From Squalus acanthias (Eukaryota), in the NCBI GenBank assembly GCA_030390025.1, contig CM059433.1:2294001-2358000 (forward strand): a stretch of 64,000 bases of DNA, read 5' to 3'. A program made the position numbers and the translations under genes. This document shows, piece after piece, positions 62,135 to 64,000 of this stretch; position 1 is the stretch's first letter, and each line of letters opens with the position of its first letter. The notes below the pieces were generated by a model. The model saw nothing but the letters and a program-made list of their open reading frames with translations, did not search any database and was not told where the DNA came from.

Positions 62135-62425
62135 CCTTTCTCTTTCTCTCTCTTTCTCTCTTTTGTCCTTTTTCTCTCTCTCGCTCTCTCTCTGTCTCTC
62201 CCTCCCTCTGTGTGTGTGTGTCTCCCTCTGTGTGTGTGTCTCCCTCTGTGTGTGTGTCTCCCTCTGTGTGTGTGTCTCCCTCTGTGTGTGTGTCTCCCTC
62301 TGTGTGTGTGTGTGTCTCCCTCTGTGTGTGTGTGTCTCCCTCTGTGTGTGTCTCCCTCTGTGTGTGTGTCTCCCTCTGTGTGTGTGTCTCTGTCTCTGTC
62401 TCTCCCTCTGTCTCTCTGTCTCTCA

Positions 62426-62456
<31 letters not shown>

Positions 62457-62482
62457 ACTCTCTCTCTGTCTCTCACTCTCTC

Positions 62483-62527
<45 letters not shown>

Positions 62528-62555
62528 GTCTCTCTGTCTCTCTCTCTCTGTCTCT
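62135..62555. repeat. Compound (CT)n / CTCCCTC(TG)n microsatellite
   Basis: Direct inspection. Confidence 0.95.
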
Positions 62556-62595
62556 AGCAGTCACTTGGACAAGTGTGGGTTAATTAAGGAAAGCC

Positions 62596-63509
62596 TGAAG
62601 GGATAATTACAAGTCCTAGCCCTTTTCTGGCTACCCCAGATCAGGCGTATTCCGCAGACGTTCACCTTCAACTAAAGTTAGCGGTAGCCGAATCCTAGAA
62701 ATGCTTAATTGGGTCTAAAGGTTCAGACTATCTCTCCCTAAAGGAAAGGAATGGCCTGAAGATGTTACCGTCCTCCGGATAGCACTTTTAACAAGTTTAA
62801 CTAGACTGTAACCTTCCGGATATTATGAGGGTCTGAAAAAAACCCCAGAATTCTGCAACTCCTCTTAGAAGAGTGTACAGAAATTGAGTTCGCGAGTTGA
62901 TACAGAAATACTCTGTGAGATAATTTTAAAAATATATAGATTTATTAAACAACCGACATTTAGTTAACAGCTGGTATGGCAATCGCAACTTTAACAGTTC
63001 AAAATACAAATAGCTTACATTTCTTATCAGAGATCCTTATTCTCAAATCTTAACTTCGTTATATTTCCACACTTCTACTTATTTTTTAATCCAGAATATC
63101 CACCAAAATCAAATACCTTGATTACCCGAGACTCAGAGTTGTAGGCCTACAGAGTGGTTCTGAAGGCGAGAATCGCTCTGCCCCTTCCCAGCGACTTCTG
63201 ACTCTCTCTCTGAAAAGCTCTATTTTTATACCTTTTTTTAGTGGTTTATCCTTTGAAGTTTTCTGCTGATGCTTTAGTCATTCTTTCTGTTGACTTCTTT
63301 CTATTCTTACTGTCATTTCAGCTGCCAACTCTTAGAATCCTGTCTGCTGTATAGGTGTTTCAAAAACTTATCATTTTTATGATTATTATCGATTTATCTA
63401 TTTGATGCTATTCTTAGGAAGTCTTTCTATTGAATTCTTAACTCCCTTTAGCTGCTTGCATTCCAGACCTCGAGTCTCCCAACTGTTCCATTTTTAATAC
63501 AAACACAAT
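62596..63509 (-). mobile_element. Second copy of the long LTR (3' ~900 bp), interrupted by a MITE
   Basis: Reverse complement of about 29170-30098, beginning exactly at the terminal TGAAGGGATAATTACAAG. Confidence 0.85.
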
Positions 63510-64000
63510 GGGCTGGATTTTGATACTGGGGCGGGTTGGGGTCGTGTCATCCACTTTTCATGTTATCCACCCGACTGCAATTGGATGTGGGAGATTGATG
63601 CAATTTTCACCTAATTGGGCAATTGAGTTCTAGCATGTGGGAACCCATGAACCAATTAGTGTTTTCAGTCTGAAAGTCGCCTTTGATGATGTCATCATTG
63701 CTGCTGCATTGAAGGTCTTCAAAGACTGCCTGGCCTTTGCTGTGAGAGGACCTGCAAAATGAGCAGCAGCAGTCCTAAGTCTGCTCCCAGATATTTTTTC
63801 ACCACCACTCCCAGATATGTCTCCTCTCCATCCATATATACATCCATCCACATATGCATCCCTATAGCCAGCCAAATGTGCTCCCCGCCAGGTTTCACAA
63901 TCGTGGTTCACAACAGGCGTGCTTCACGTAGAACAAGTGTTAAAATCACAAAGGCCTTTCAAAATGGCATTATAGAGGCAATTTAGTGCTTGTTAAGGGC
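63510..64000. mobile_element. MITE family M3 copy 3 (runs off the window)
   Basis: AAT|GGGCTGGATTTTG start; similar to 35747 onward and to the reverse of 35150-35732. Confidence 0.8.

Noticed and set aside
61989..62606. Four overlapping ORFs (CVCVSL / ERERE)
   Set aside because: Translations of a microsatellite.

Overview
Repeat-dominated vertebrate DNA, most likely from a shark or other cartilaginous fish (inferred from the CR1/L2/RTE LINE, Deu-type SINE, Penelope and Harbinger repertoire). The only host gene I can support is LRATD1 (FAM84A), with a single coding exon at 45087-45872, a probable non-coding first exon and a GC-rich promoter; its last codons carry an apparent 1-bp frameshift. 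The rest is nested mobile DNA. There are two decayed PIF/Harbinger-type transposons (Myb/SANT plus HARBI1-like genes), many related MITEs, two CR1-group LINE families, an RTE fragment, two GIY-YIG Penelope-like families whose pseudo-LTRs carry minimal hammerhead ribozyme motifs, two copies of a ~1.4-kb LTR and a ~2-kb 28/29-bp minisatellite. Most notable: (i) hammerhead-bearing, very young and hairpin-shaped Penelope mini-elements; (ii) all three copies of one CR1 subfamily abut a Harbinger-type TIR at the same tail nucleotide; (iii) an apparently ORF1-less LINE whose 5' end is a tRNA-derived Pol III head; (iv) a long solo LTR with a splice donor in R. Family names come from motif recognition, not database searches, and boundaries of degenerate repeats are approximate.
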